Assembly: GCF_036321535.1 (NCBI RefSeq)
Contig: NC_087437.1
Coordinates: 19,904,001 to 19,968,000, forward strand
Source of the DNA: Camelus dromedarius
Taxonomy: Eukaryota
DNA length: 64,000 nucleotides
Direction of reading: 5' to 3'
In this document: positions 1 to 13,534 of the stretch, piece by piece
How positions within the stretch are numbered: position 1 is the stretch's first letter
Layout: every line of letters begins with the position of its first letter
Position numbers and translations under genes: made by a program
Notes under the pieces: generated by a model
The model's database searches: none
What the model saw: only the letters and a program-made list of their open reading frames with translations
What the model was told of the DNA's origin: nothing

Positions 1-556
1 TCCGCTGATGGTTAGAGGAGGTATTAGATGCACATACCATGAAACCCTCACTAAAGCCCTGCCAGGAATCAGAGATCATGTCCTTAGGGAAGGTTGCCTG
101 GGGTAAAATGAATAAACATTCTTGTCTTTCCCTATTCATTCTTTCAATAAACATTCACAGTTGCAAACTCTATGCCACATTGCCGGGGTTAGTGAGGGGG
201 ACACAAATAAAATAGCTCCTGCTTTTTAGGCGCTCATGTTCTTCTAATGGCCAAGAAAATAGGAAACAAATTTAAAGCATGATGGGGGATGATGCTGTCA
301 GAGAGAGGGAAGCACAGGGCTGGGAGGAGGGGTCCTGACCCAGCCTACAGGAGACGAGGGAAGCCCAGACTCTTCTGTGGGTAGATGCAGATTTTATATT
401 TTGTATCCTTGTTCACAAGAAGTTTTGGCATTTGCAGTTTTGTAGCCCAATTGAAAGCAATGTTTGGATCCCATGTTTAAATGTTTTTAGCACAAACAGT
501 CCTTTTACACCATAGCTCCCTATTCTTGAGCTCTCAATTTTACTTCTCATTGATTT

Positions 557-685
557 TTTTGGGGGGGTTAATTAATTAATTAATTTGTTTGTTTGTTTGT
601 TTATTTAATGGAGGTACTGGGGAAAGAACCCAGGGCCTCATGCATGCTAAGCATGTGCTCTGCCTCTGAGCTATACCTCCCCCTC
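557..685 (-). mobile_element. tRNA-Ala-derived SINE (camelid Vic-1-like) with simple-repeat tail
   Basis: Reverse complement reads ggggaggtatagctcagaggcagagcacatgcttagcatgcatgaggccctgggttctttccccagtacctcc plus an A-rich tail. Perfect 16-bp TSD tacttctcattgattt at 541-556 and 686-701. Confidence 0.88.
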
Positions 686-2209
686 TACTTCTCATTGATT
701 TGACTGGACTAAGTTCATTTCCATGGACCATCTTTCCAGGGAAGCGTACACCAAGGGCAGGCTTTCTGAGCCTTTATGGACCAAAGGCAATCTTTCCATT
801 TCCTTCATACATGAAGCACAACGTGGCTACTCTTTCTCGGTGGGGTCACAACCACTTTGTCCCTCACAACTTGGTAGATCTGGGACTGGCAATGTCCCAG
901 AGGAGACGTCTGGGACACCTGACTGTCTTTCTTTGGCAGCAAATTCATTTTGTAAGTTTTTCTCGGGTACTTATTTGGACCATATTTTGTCCTTTCAAAT
1001 CCAAATTTTCTCGGGTTGCTAAGAGCGAGTTTCTTCAAGGAACTGTTTGTTTTTTAATGGACTGATCCTCTTAGGTCGTTTTTGGGCTCAGTGAATGTTT
1101 TCTTTTTTTACATCTTTATTTGTTGCTTCTGCAGAGATACGGTACTGGTGTTTTCTTCTGGAAGACAAGTTACATGTATGTTTGATGCTTGTCATCTGTA
1201 TTTATCCTTGTCTCCATCTTAAATTTTGCCCTCTTGTCCTTTCTTTCTGTATTCTAAGAGAAGTTATCAGGTTTGTGGCTCACAGCCAGAATATACCTAG
1301 CCCCTTAGAGGCAACAGGCAGGCCTGGCTCCCTTTCGTGATTTCTAGTCTGATGTTAACTACTTCCAGTGTTGTCTTTAATTCTGCTCCTGCTTAAAGGT
1401 GGTGGAGGTGTGAGGTGAGGGGAGAGGGGCAGGCGGCAGCTGGGTGGTGAGAGGCCTTGTGTCCTGTTGATGAGGTACATTTTGTGCAGGATGTGGTCCA
1501 GGCAGTTTTGTATTTTAGGAAGCTCACTCTATCATTTGTGTAGAAGAGGACAAACTGGAAGGGAAAACACAGAGGTAAGAACACTGGCACAGAGAGAGCC
1601 CTAAAATTGCCCTATGATTTCCCAGTGTCTTGTCTGAATTGGCTAGCAGATGGGGAATTAATGTAGACATAGGCAGAAACGTTTAAAACATTGAAGACTA
1701 AATAGATCATTGCGGCTATACTTGTGTGTGATTTAAAAGCAGGTGATCCAACACCCCCAAAGTAATAAGCTTCTCTCAGAAATGAATTAAGATTCAGTCT
1801 GGCAATTACATTAAGGTTTCTGATAGGTAGCTCACATGGAGAGCTGCCATTATGATACATATCGCTATTCTGCATGGCGGGCTCGCATAACTCATCATGT
1901 TGGTTGAAGTTTAACAGAAGGAAAGAATGTAAAAGACTCCTCACTTTAAGGGGAAATGCCTCCCTCTGATTTCTAGAATTTTTACTGGTAGCACTTATTA
2001 AATAATTATTTTTTTTTTACTGTATTTGAAAGTGAGTAATAAATAGATCCATATGTTCCTTCCTTCTTTTTTTTTTCCCAAGCTAATACAGGTATGCATA
2101 AATCATCTAAAAATACCTTGTAAACCAACTTCATCTCCCTATGCAGGAAAAGAAGGAAAAATAATTCTCCAGTATAGAGGAGAGGAAGCATAGGGCAGGA
2201 AAAGTGCCC

Positions 2210-2388
2210 GGGCTGGCGGTGGGCTTTGGTAGACCCAATTTCTGGTCCTAGATCTATCTCTCCCTAGGTTTGGGCAGTTGTTTAGTGTGTCTGAAACTCA
2301 GTTTCCTGGCTGGATGTTGAGCACAATGGGGTGTCATGTGGATTGAATGAGATGACACGTGAAAGTATAGCCCAAAATAGGTGCTCCG
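2210..2388 (+). mobile_element. MIR SINE
   Basis: ttgggcagttg...tctgaaactcagtttcc...gtggattgaatgagatga.acgtgaaag...ataggtgctc. Confidence 0.55.
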
Positions 2389-5344
2389 GAGAAGTGAGTT
2401 CTTTTAAAACATTTTTATATTTTTTTAAAGTTGAAATACATTATTAATAGCAAAAGACATCAAAACAGTTCTTACAAGAGCAACTCAACTCAACAGCTAG
2501 AAAAGAATTAGTCCCTTGTAATTGCATTCGTGTCCTTACAGGTGGACAGCAAAGCCCCTTAGTGCCCCCGAGGGATGTCCTATTTTGAACATCTGTATTG
2601 AAAGGTATGTTCAGTGTCTTTGGAACACGGTAGACTTTTGTCATCATTTTAAAGGATTTTAAAATGGAGATGGGATACATTCTTAAAACGTTTGCTTAAT
2701 GGAGCCAGCATCTATCTGCTGACCTGGAAACCACATAGATTTCTGATTCTTCAGTGGAATCACAGACAAGGTCTTGATCCATGCATCCATGCATAGGCCA
2801 CTGTGTTTATAGTCAAGGTTTTTCCAGAGAGATCTGGAGGCAACTGATACTTAGTAAATCAATAACCAGGGACTGGGTAGAAGCATGTCCAAGATCATGT
2901 TTTGAAAGGCCCAGGTTACTCCACAACACCTGAAGGTTGACCCCTGGAAAGTGGCAAAGGTGGAGCAGGTAGGAGCCTGCCTTCACTGCCAGGTTGGAGA
3001 ACATACACAGATGTTACTGGGAGGCCAAACATACTGCATGGTACTGAAAAAGCTTAGGAGGTAGGAATACAGATACTCCAGGCAAGGCATTCAGTGCAGC
3101 ATAGAAAACCTGGGTTATTCTCCCTGGAAATGAGGGAATAGTGTCTGTCCTTACTAGAATAACCACAGCCCACTGTGGAGGCCATAGGGCACTTTTGGCT
3201 GCAATTTGGACCCTAGGAGGTCAAAGCTTTGATGGATACCCCATCAGAGCTTTGGTCCTTGGGTAGCTGGTTGCAGTTAGAGTGGAAGGAGCTACTGACT
3301 CAAAATTAACCTGGCTCAGAGCCCCATCTCCATCACTTACTTGTGATGGCTCCAGGATATAAGCCAGCTGCCTCTGAATCTCACTTTCCTCAAGTTATCA
3401 TCTAGTGGTGAGCACTGAAGATGCCTTTGTTTTTCCCTCTTGCTTGTATGCTTGTACTCTGAGCTGGCTGTTTCCCTTCTGGTTGTAGAAGTCTTTCCAC
3501 TAGAGTTACAGAGCTCTCACAGCCCGAGTCTGCCTGTCTCCTGCTTGGATGGCTTTCTGGTCTCTGACCAACATCAGACAGCAGGGCTCATCTCTGTGAA
3601 TCAGCACAGTCCCAGCCACCACCCCAGGCTTTTCTTGGGAAAAGCAACCATGCACGGGACTCATAAGACCACCCAAAAGGTCTGGAGAGCTGAATCAAAA
3701 TATTCCCTTTAAAATAATGTATTCACAGAAACCTGGCCTCTGCTAAACCTGAGAAATCTTGGGTCTTTAATCAGGCAGAGGGAATTATCACTTGGGCTTC
3801 AGCTTAGGAGAAGATAGTTTGATACTTGCTGAACATCGTCTTTATGGATTTCTCCCACTGCAGTGTGGAGGCCAGCAAGCAACACACCAGACAATGCAGA
3901 TCATCATTGCGGAGCTGGGCTGGGGCAAGGAGGGGAGAGGGAGGGAGCGGCTGTCACTTAGTGCCCAAGATGCATGCACTGTCATTCCACTAATCCATCA
4001 GGGAACATCATATTCATCAAGAGCTCTAAAACACATAAATACATGCAGCAAACCCCTAGATGATGGCCAGTTTCCCAAGCTGGGTTGTAAAGAGAAGGTT
4101 GAAAGATGTATATAAGGACACTTTAGAATGGAGAACACGTAGAATGTCTTGTCCCAGGATGTGAGCATTTTGCAAACAGAAATGGGTTCGAAAGAGGTTT
4201 AGACAGCATTTCCAAGAAGGTATTCCCTGTAATAACAACAGTCTAAGATGATGCTTTTAAAAGGATCAGATCTGTTAGAGATATACCAGGTATCATAGTC
4301 ATCCTTTGGAGTTATGCAATGCCTATTTGCATATAAAAGACTGAGATCTGTAGTTACTTGTTTAATTTTGTTTCATTCAGTGTTTCCCAAACTTACGGAT
4401 TCTGAAACCTTTTTGATGTCCCTAATCACACTCCTCCCCTCCCTTGTGGTACACACTTGGGAAACCCTGGAGAGTTTCCATCTCACTTTTCTACAGTGTA
4501 ATCCTCGTGGCCATCCTCAGTGGTGGGATCTGAAGTTGAATGGAGAATTAGGTTGACCTGACGTGTCCTTTCTGATGTTGTTTGTCATCTCACATTCTCT
4601 AAACATAGATGAGTTCGGGTGGGAGAGAGTCATGATCCCTAAACTTCTGGGAACATCAAAGAAAGGGATCTGAAAGGGAGAAATGAAAGCAGATATTACA
4701 GGACCATATAGACAGCCTGTGGCACTGCCTTATTGTACCCTGAGAGCAGAGCCATGGCACAGCAGCCACAGTCACATGTGGAACAGTGAGATCTGGCTTT
4801 TTGACAAATGGATGTGTTAACCTGGTGGAGTATGTATCAGCTTGTAAAAGAAATGGCCTGTGTTCTTTGAGTCTCTTCCTGTGTGGAGCCCCTGCATTTT
4901 AGGAATCTGGCTTAAACCCTAATATCTAAAATCTTATAACCCTAAACCAAGTTATGTTTCTGCTCTTCACCCTGAGAGCGCTGGTGAATGCAGGCATAAG
5001 CTTGGGAGATTTAGGTCTCTATCTTGGATCATCAATATGGGTTAGTCATTATTTATCTTGGACTTAAGAAGATTTGAAGGCTTTAGATCCAGGAAGGCAG
5101 AGTGAGGGTCACTGTCATTCTTAATGAGCAGTTCCTTCAGTGCTTTATTAAGTAGTGAGGCTGACTATGCCTGTCATCCAAGCTTCCCTGAAATGATTTG
5201 GATGGATAACAGAGCTCTAGTAATTAAAAATATATATCACCCTTAGCCATCAAGCCCCAATAGGATCTTAGGTTCCTATTGAAAATAGACAGATCTCCCC
5301 CTCGAGTCTTGCTGTGTTTGTAGTTGGCACCAGAAGGGTATCGA

Positions 5345-5730
5345 GGTAAGAGAACAGCCTTTGGAGTTAGGCTGACCTAATGCCACAATTTAATAGCTAT
5401 GCCTTAGAGCAAGTTACTTAACCTTTCTGAACGACAAGATCCACATCTGTCAAATGGGGACAATGGTATTTATCTTGAGGGAATTGTTATATGCGGGAAA
5501 TAAGATGACAGGGGGTACGCGATGGGACTTGCGCTGGAATTGTGAATCGGTATTTATTCCCCAGCTGTGTCTTTAGGAGAATCACTTGGCCTCTCGGAGC
5601 TTCAGTGTGTCCATCTGTAAAACGTGGTGACTCTCAATTGCCCTGAAGGGTTGGTGGGGGAATTGGTTGGGAAAACTTAGGGAACCCTGTGAGCAGAGTC
5701 CTGGCGGGGAGCAGGTGGTTGATACATGAC
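5345..5730 (+). mobile_element. Two adjacent MIR SINEs
   Basis: Two MIR cores: gcaagttacttaacctttctga...catctgtcaaatgggga and tcacttggcctctcggagcttcagt...catctgtaaaacg. Confidence 0.6.
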
Positions 5731-6229
5731 TGCTTTTCTTACTCTGCTCTTTGAGGAGGGGGAGTTGTGGGTGGAGAGAACCAGGGTAGCTGGGTTTAAT
5801 GTCAGATATGGATTGTGGAGATTGGGTGGCAGAAAATATGGCTGATCACTGAAGGGTTAGCTGAAATCAGTTTATAAATGAAATGGCTATAAAAAATGTA
5901 GGACTGTTTGATACTCTCTGGTTATTTTTCATCATAATCACAGCCTGCTACATTTAGATTCTATTGGACATTGAAGATGCATTTATTCAACAAATATTTA
6001 TTGAGAACCAACAATGTGTCGGTATTTGGGCTAGGTACTGGGGGTACATTGATTTATTCTGAAGAAAGAATCATTGATGAGGGCTAGCTCTGTAATCAGG
6101 GGCAAGGGAAAATTCATCTTCCTCCTGTCCCAGCCTCAACAGGGCTCAGGAGCCCAGTGATATGAAATCACTTAGGCACAGAGCTGGGGACCTTTGCAGA
6201 TATCAAATTACTGAAGCCCCAAATGTAGT

Positions 6230-6550
6230 ATACTTGTTCTTCTCTCTGTTTCACTGTGCACGCTCTTTCTCTGCTTGCTTGGAAAGTTCCCACCATCCGC
6301 AGCCTCCCAACTTGCATCGCTTTTATACCTCCTCCCGGGCAAAGCTCAACGGTCACCTCCTCCATGAAGCCTTCTTGGACCACAGCCTAAACTAGGTGCC
6401 CCTCTTCTGGAACCTGTGTTCCCTATGCTCCTTTCCCACTACTTTAGCAACCCCTACTCAGTGTCCTCTGGCTGGGAACCTCTTCCTCCTAGACCATAGG
6501 GTCTTGATGGCCAAGACTGTACCTAGCACAGGGTTTGTAATATGTTAGGG
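6230..6550 (+). mobile_element. L2 3' fragment
   Basis: agctcaacggtcacctcctccatgaagccttc...ctagacca...gtacctagcacagg. Confidence 0.55.
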
Positions 6551-6609
6551 CAAGCATGGTGTGATTTGAACGTGTGTGGCTTGCCATACTGTAAATCACC
6601 AGGAGTCAT

Positions 6610-6860
6610 AATAATGGTAGCTGTTATTACAACTCTGCTAATATTTACATAAAGCTTTGCTGTTTACAAAGCACAGCCTTGGTCTTTCCTCACTGAATTC
6701 CCATCCAGCCCCATGAGGCAGACAACTTCTGTAGAGGAGTCTCTGCCTCCCCATTCCCTGCCCTGCAGATGAGGAATAGATAAGGACTGATTGTGTAAGC
6801 TGTGCCATGTCAGGGCTGGAATTCAAATCCGGGTCTGTGTGATTCAAAATCCTTCTGTTT
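6610..6860 (-). mobile_element. MIR SINE
   Basis: gcagatgagga...gggctggaattcaaatccgggtctgtgtgattcaaaatcc. Confidence 0.55.
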
Positions 6861-7756
6861 TCTCTATTACCAGAATTTGCTTGTCAATTTTCTTGCTTAA
6901 CAGAAGTCCCACGGAAAGGACACACACATAGGACATATGCACATACGAATGCAAAGTCCAGTGGCCAGTGCAGCAAGTGACGGGCTCTTCCGTAAAGAGT
7001 TCCCCAGCCAGCAGCTCTCCTTCCCCTAAATTACTTTTTTCTGCCTAATTTCCTGAGACCTGACAACTCTCCACAGGGACAAAAGTCTCACATGATACAG
7101 TAAGGCTTGAGTTGTGAATATTGCAAATACCCCAAATGGCAGATAGCAGATTTCTCCTGAAAGCCCAGCTGTGCTGTTTGCCGTGGAGTCTTTGCTGTGT
7201 TAGACCACCTGTCTGGCTCTTGTCCAGCAAAGTGGGGACCCCTTGCAGGCACAGGGACATTGCTTAGGTGGACCATCCTTCCTGGGTCAGAATCCCCTGA
7301 GGTGGGTGCACCATCCAAATGCCTTGAGGCAGCATGGCTGGGGGTAGAGGGTGTATGGCGTGCCAAGATCAAGGCTGAGTGAAGCCAGGGAGAGGTGGAA
7401 CCTCAGTCTGAACCTTGAACCTGTACAATAAGTTCACCTTGTGGGGCATTGGAAGATGTGTCAACACCTTGTCCCAGGGCTTGGCAACTCCTGGGAGCAC
7501 GTGGACACTTGCTCTGAATGGCTCTCTCTTTGAACCATTCAATCCTTAGGCTACCCTCAACTCTCACCAAGGTCAGTATGGCCACCTGAGGTCTTTCTCT
7601 GCCCCTGGTTCATCCAGGACTTGTAGAAAAGGTAGAGGGATGTGCAAGAGAAGAAAAATAGTTGTGCCTCATTCTGGTTCTTTGTTGTAATGGCTCCAAA
7701 TCAAGTCCATTTTGAGAGGTTGTGTTTCCATTTTCTCATGTCCTCTCTCCCAGAAA

Positions 7757-7975
7757 GGCAGTGTGTTACAGTGGAAAGAGCACTGTAGTTAGAACGAAAA
7801 AGATCCAGGTTCAATTTCAGCTCCATCATTTACTATCAGTATGATATTGGGCAAGTTCATTACTTTCCTACACCTGGATTTTCTCTTTATAGAATATAAA
7901 TAATCGTACCTTTTCCGGCAGTGTGGTTACTGAGGATTAGGGATGATGTCATGTCTACCACGTAGTCGGTGCTTA
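7757..7975 (+). mobile_element. MIR SINE
   Basis: cagtggaaagagcactg...ccaggttcaatttcagctccatcatttact...gatattgggcaagtt...gaggatta. Confidence 0.65.
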
Positions 7976-8365
7976 GTTTATTGGCAGCTTTCTAGGTGGG
8001 AGGTGGGAGAGAGCATGTCATGGTAGAGTGGACTCCTGGGATGTAGAAGACCACGGCCAGGGGTCAAGTCCCAGCTCAGTTCTGACGACCCTGCAACTCA
8101 GGCAAACTGCTGAGCACGTCTCCCAGGGGTGATGTTTATTTTAATTCAGAAAATTGAGCTAATAACATTTGCCCTTCCCATCTCCAAAGTCCAAGTGACT
8201 TCTTCCAACTCATGACTTACTGCCTCTGCAGTGAGAATGGCTGAGTCTGTTACCTGAGAGTGGTGACCAAGAGGATGGAGGGGTGGGGATGAGGAAGACG
8301 AAGGGCTGGCCTCTGCTTTCTACCTGCCTGCGGGTCACCAGCATCGCAGGCTGACCCACCTGGTT

Positions 8366-8547
8366 CAGTGGTTTGCAGCTTGCACCGCACATTGCAATCA
8401 CTTGGGGAGTTTTCAAAACTACTCATGCATGGGTCTCACCACCTCCCAGAAATGTTGAAGTGATTGGCTGGGGATACAGCCTGGGCATCTGTACTTTTCA
8501 AAACTCCTCAGGTGATTCTACTGTGTGGCAAAGGGTGAAAACTTCTG
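8366..8547. mobile_element. MER5-family hAT-Charlie MITE
   Basis: cagtggttt...aatcacttgggga...attggctgggg.tacagcctgggcatc...ctcaggtgattct...gaaaacttctg. Confidence 0.75.
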
Positions 8548-8905
8548 CTTTGGGGGGAAGCAGATCTAAAGAAATACACGTGGCAGCCATATTTAACTGG
8601 CTCTAACTTTGTCAGCATGAACTGAGTGCCTGCTTTTAAGGCGAGTTCATTACTCTGTGTAATAGCAACCACTCACATTCTTATTGGATTAGATCAAATT
8701 GGACGTACTCTTGACTCATGTTTAAGTCACTGGAATCACACTCTTTTCCTGTACCCAATGACTTGTCCCAAATGATCAGGGTTGTGTCATGACTGCTTTG
8801 GCCACTGGCCACTTTCTTACTTCAGCTCTGTATCTGAAAGTCAGTACAGATGAAGGTCATTCCTTCATCTCTGGCTGGGGACAGACTGTTTACGGAGTAC
8901 CTAAA

Positions 8906-9087
8906 AAAGGTTCTTAAATTTTTAGGTGCATCAAAATTACCCGAAGGACTTGCTATAACCCAGGTGGCTGGGTGCGGTCCCCAGGGTTCTGAGTCAGTGG
9001 GCTTCAGGTAGGGTTAAGCATTTACATTTCTGACAAGTTCCCCAGTGATGTATTGCATCACCAAGGACCACACTTTGAGAACCTCTG
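8906..9087. mobile_element. MER5A-like hAT-Charlie MITE
   Basis: ggttcttaaa...gcatcaaaattacc...catttctgacaagttcccc.gtgatg...ggaccacactttgagaacctctg. Confidence 0.78.
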
Positions 9088-11417
9088 GTCTAGGCAGCTT
9101 AGATTTTTTTTATTTACCTCGAATCTCCCAAAACTCCATGAGTAGGCATGACCACCTCCATTTCAGAGAGCTTAGAGAGCTGAGCAACTGGTTAAGAGGC
9201 ACACCTTTTATGTGGCAAGGTCAGGAATTGAACTCAGGACTGCCTGACTCCCAAACCCGCCGCTCTCCATGGACCACTCTGCCTCCTGACAGGCAATCAT
9301 TGGGTTCCTGCAATAATCTCAACCATGTTCCAGGTACCGTGGAAGTGACAAGAGACCCCTCCCTAATTCACTTCAAACCTTCTCATGGTCTCCATCAAGG
9401 AAGGAAACTCAGAGGGCCACTCTAGATATGCAGCAAGGCAACAGCAGTAGGAGATGGCCGGTGACCCAGGGCCCAAAGGCTCCTTTCCACAGAACATCTC
9501 CTGCGGAGCTGGCCAGAGGCGAGGAGGGCTGTGGGCTGCAGGGGTCAGGAAAAGCTCTTGGAGAAAGAAGAGGCAAAGTGATCCTTGAAAGACACAGGGT
9601 TCTGGGTTCCACCCCCCACTTCAGTTGTGACTTCGGTCTTAGAGTGAGCCTGCGAGGACATGGGGTCTCTGCTCCAGTTTAATTCCTGGTTCCTGGACTG
9701 TGTCCCAAATCCTGCCTCATGCCTCCGGGGCAGTCCTGATGCTGGGGTCCCTCTCTGCCACGCGGTCATGCTCTGCCTTGTGCTTTGACCAGGTGGACCC
9801 TGTTTGCCATCAGCAGAACTGGACAGTGCCAGGGACCACACTGGGGCTTCCCCGGGGAAGACACATCATGAGTGACAGGGACAGGCTCATCCCAGGGCTG
9901 CTTTAGAGGGACATGGCTATGGCTGTGTCTTCTGGAAGTCACTATGTTTGAGTTTCCAGGAAGCTGCCTGTCTTAGGAGAATAATGGTAGTAATAACACA
10001 TGGGCATGGGACAAGCCTCTGGCCTGCTAACAGAATCCCCCAGGACCTCCTGGAGATGGTTGCCAGGCTAGAGTGTCTGTACGGTCCCAAAAGTCTACTG
10101 CCCTTCTCAGACCTGGCAAGTGCCCCTCACATAGCATATACTCAGTGCACAGCTGACGGGGCCCCACCTGCACCCCCTGGGGGTGAGGAGCAGCATCTAT
10201 GCTCCATCCAGCTCTGCTGTCACAAAGGACCTTCTCTGGACTCCCTGGTGTGAGTTCTGTTGCTCCAAGAGCCGTGCTTACCCCAAGAAGGAGGTCTGGT
10301 CCTAAGTAGTTTCCAACCTTGCCTCCCTTGATCAATGGAGAAACCAAAGCACAGAAGAGCTGGTCCCTGGGGGTAGAACAAGATGGGCCCCAGGTTCAGA
10401 AGCCCACCTGATAACCCTGAGGTTTTGGACAGCTTGCTTCATTCTTCTTGGCCTCCATTGCCTCATTTGTCTGGCTAATAGAGTCTTGTGTGATTTGCCT
10501 GAGGAGGTAGATAGGTTAGGGGTACACATCCTTTAGTAAATCTTGGCATCTAGGTGTGATAGCATCCCAACCTCGTTCATGTTACTTCCTGTGTGTGGAC
10601 ACTGAAGACACAGTTCATGGTTTCATTGATAATGCCATCAGTATGGATGGAGGTAGTTGCTGGGGACAAGGGACATCTGAGAGCATGAAGGCTGCTGGCA
10701 GAGGACCCTCAACCTGAGTTGAGGCTCAAGGACCATAGGCCCGTTGAGGCTGCCCAGGCTGGGGAAGACCTCCTAGTGAGAACGCCCTGCCCCAGGGGTA
10801 TGAGGCAGCTGGATGTCCTTGACAAAAGCCGAGGAATTGTGCAGAGCTGGGTACCCCCAACCAAACCCACACCACATGCCAGAGACTCTCAGGTTCCATA
10901 AAGTCAAGGAAGTATTGTGACTGACCAAGTGATACACTTGAATTTCTGTGATAGGTTTTTTTTTTTTTTTTTTCATTTCCAAACCCCCTTTCATGTGTGG
11001 AGAATTATTCTGTTTTGCGTCTGGACATTTTGACTCAAATAATGACTGGCCTAATGCTGTTGGATCCCTGTGTGACCTAGAGAGAAGTCCTGAGGGGCAG
11101 GAGGTAGCAGCCTGATCTTGGTTTAGCCCATGGTGATCTCAGGTAATGTGTACCTTATCTCTTTGGGCTTCAGCATAACCCAGCAGTAAAATGGGAATAA
11201 TAAAACTTGTCCCATTCACCTCATGGGACATCAGAGGTGATGATACATTTGAAAGGGCACTGGGATGTTGCAGGCAACTTTAAACTCTACAACCTTAAAG
11301 TCTTTGCTGACATTGTGACCAGTGAGCTCTCAAGAGCCCCATTTTTTCATCTGTCTGACAAAGATAATAATCCCCTCTTTGCAACAAGACTGTTGAGCTG
11401 CTGTGAATTAAATTAAT

Positions 11418-11646
11418 GTGGGATAAATTGAAAGTTTGAGATTTGCAGATACTAATATACATAAAATAGATAAGCAACAAGTTCGTACTGTATAGCATAG
11501 GGAACTATATTCAATATCTTGTAGTAACTTATGGTGAAAAAGAATATGAAAACGAATGTATGTATGTTACTCCATGACTGAAGCATTGTGCTGTACACAA
11601 TTGACACAACATTGTAAACTGACTATACTTCAATAAAAAAAAAAAA
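11418..11646 (+). mobile_element. 5'-truncated lineage-specific (artiodactyl/camelid-type) L1 3' end
   Basis: aaaatagataagcaacaag...gaaaaagaatatgaaaa...gactatacttcAATAAA(A)n; similar to the copies at 31.6, 42.7, 51.1 and 59.5 kb. Confidence 0.85.
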
Positions 11647-12814
11647 GATACTGTGTGTACAGCATCTAACAAGTGCCTGGCATGTTGGTTAGAAACCCAA
11701 AACAGCAGCTGCTGTTATAATGATAATAATCACCAGATTGATGACAGCCTTCGTGGATATGAGTGCAGACATTTTTGCCAGGTAGACCCAGTTCTTTCAT
11801 GGAATGCCCTTCTGTTTCTCTTTCACTACAGTGGTTCTCAGTACCTCTGTTCAGTCTAGAACCAGCCTTGCTAAGCCTTCCCGGGCCCTGGATTGAAGAG
11901 CATTTTCTAGAGCTCCATGGCTCACTCTCTCTGTATTTCACCCCATTCTGTCAGTTTGGGGAAGATGTTTCTGAGTGCTGGCTATACCCACCACCACGCA
12001 GTGCAGGACAGACTCCAGTCAGAAAGCCTGCCTAATCATTTGTATAGGCATTTAGGAGGCTCTGACAGCCAACTCCCAATCTCTTCCTTGCTGGAAAACT
12101 CTGCAGGAAGCGTGCAGAAAGACGTGTTATGATGCCGGCTTCCCCACCCTGTGAAGGCACGTGGAGGGCACTGTGCTAATTAGCATGTGGTCTCCCTCCC
12201 AGGGTGATTTTGTGCCGTCTGTCAGCTTCCGCTTGGTAGATCCTAAACACTGTTAAGACAAATGATATCAGGGCTGACAACTTAATAGATGTCTTTTTGA
12301 GCTGAACGGGCTCCTCAGTGCTCCAGCCAGATACAATTAACAGAAGCCTCCAAGACCGTTCTTTTCAGGCTGAGGCTTGGGAGCGAGATGTGTTAGCGAG
12401 AGCTTCCCTACTCATGTGAAAGGCGTGGAACTCAGTCCGATGGAGGATTAAGGGGCTTGGATGTTTGTCACTACGCTGTTGGCCGACTTGCTTGAGAACT
12501 GATGCTTTCACAGGTCATGCTGATGGCAGGTAAACATTGTGAGGGCTGGAGAGAAATCTGACTCTTGTCAATGTGAGCAGACCTCCAAATCAGGTTGACG
12601 TTAAAATGATGTAAAATGATGTAAAAGTCGTCCCCTTAAAAGATGGCACACTTACTCAGATTACATTGAAAGTACTTAAAATGTCTTCTCTTTTCTTTTA
12701 GAAGAAAAATTGTTTTCAGAATCCAGAAAACCCCAAATCCCAAATTCATGCACTCAGGTTGGCCAGATTAGGCTCAAAGTGCTCTTTGTTCTGAAAGTTA
12801 GTGATGCTAAGCTC

Positions 12815-13461
12815 TTTTATTTCTTTAAGCTTAATTGAGATATAACTGATATACAAAAAAAATTGCACATGGTGGAGATGGCTATAGCTCAGTGGTAGAG
12901 CGCATGCTTAGCATACACAAGTTCCTGGGTTCAATCCCCAGTATCTCCATTAAAAAAAGAGAAAAAAGAGAAATAATTGCACGCATTTAATTATACATCT
13001 GAAGAGTTTGGACATATGCCTACACCCACCCCCATGATACCATCATCACAACCAAGGTACTAAATGTATCTATTCTGTGTTCTTTTGTGGGTTTCTTTTT
13101 TGGGGGGGTGGTAAGAATGCTTAACACGAGATCCATCCTCAACATGTTTTAAAGTGTGCAATCCTGTTTTGTTAACTCTAGGTATTATGTTGTACAATCT
13201 GAAACGTACTCATCTTGCGTAACAGAAATTTTCTCCCCACTGAAAAACAATTCTCCATTCCCCTTCCTTGCAGCCCCTTGCACCCACCATTCTATGTTTT
13301 CCTTCTACGAGTTTAACTAATTTAGATACTTTATATAAGTAGAATCATGCAGGATTTGCCCTTCTGTAACTGGCTTATTTCACTTAGCATAATGTCTACC
13401 AGATTCATTCGTGGTATCACAAATAGCAGGATTTTCCTTTTTTTTTAAGGCTGAATAATAA
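12815..13461 (-). mobile_element. Older L1 (L1MA/L1MB-like) 3' end, interrupted by a SINE
   Basis: Typical antisense L1 3'UTR text: ttaattgagatataactg...agaatcatgcagg...ctggcttatttcacttagcataatgtc...aaggctgaataat. Confidence 0.8.
12871..12974 (+). mobile_element. tRNA-Ala-derived SINE (Vic-1-like), nested in an L1 3' end
   Basis: A box TAGCTCAGTGG 12885-12895, TTAGCAT anticodon loop, B box GGTTCAATCC 12928-12937, A-rich tail. TSD core aattgcac at 12861-12868 and 12975-12982. Confidence 0.88.
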
Positions 13462-13534
13462 CAGATAAGGAAGATGCACTGGGCTCCTGTTTCATCCTGA
13501 GCCCCACGCTACTTGGGGTTTAAAACCACACTAC

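Noticed and set aside
710..1380. Possible very old L1/HAL1 remnant and overlapping ORFs
   Set aside because: T-rich and suggestive of antisense LINE sequence, but too diverged to assign by eye. The ORFs have no recognisable product.
12871..12949. Functional tRNA-Ala(AGC) gene (likewise the copies at 0.6, 30.9 and 62.1 kb)
   Set aside because: A-rich tails, target-site duplications, stem mismatches and multiple diverged copies mark these as SINEs.
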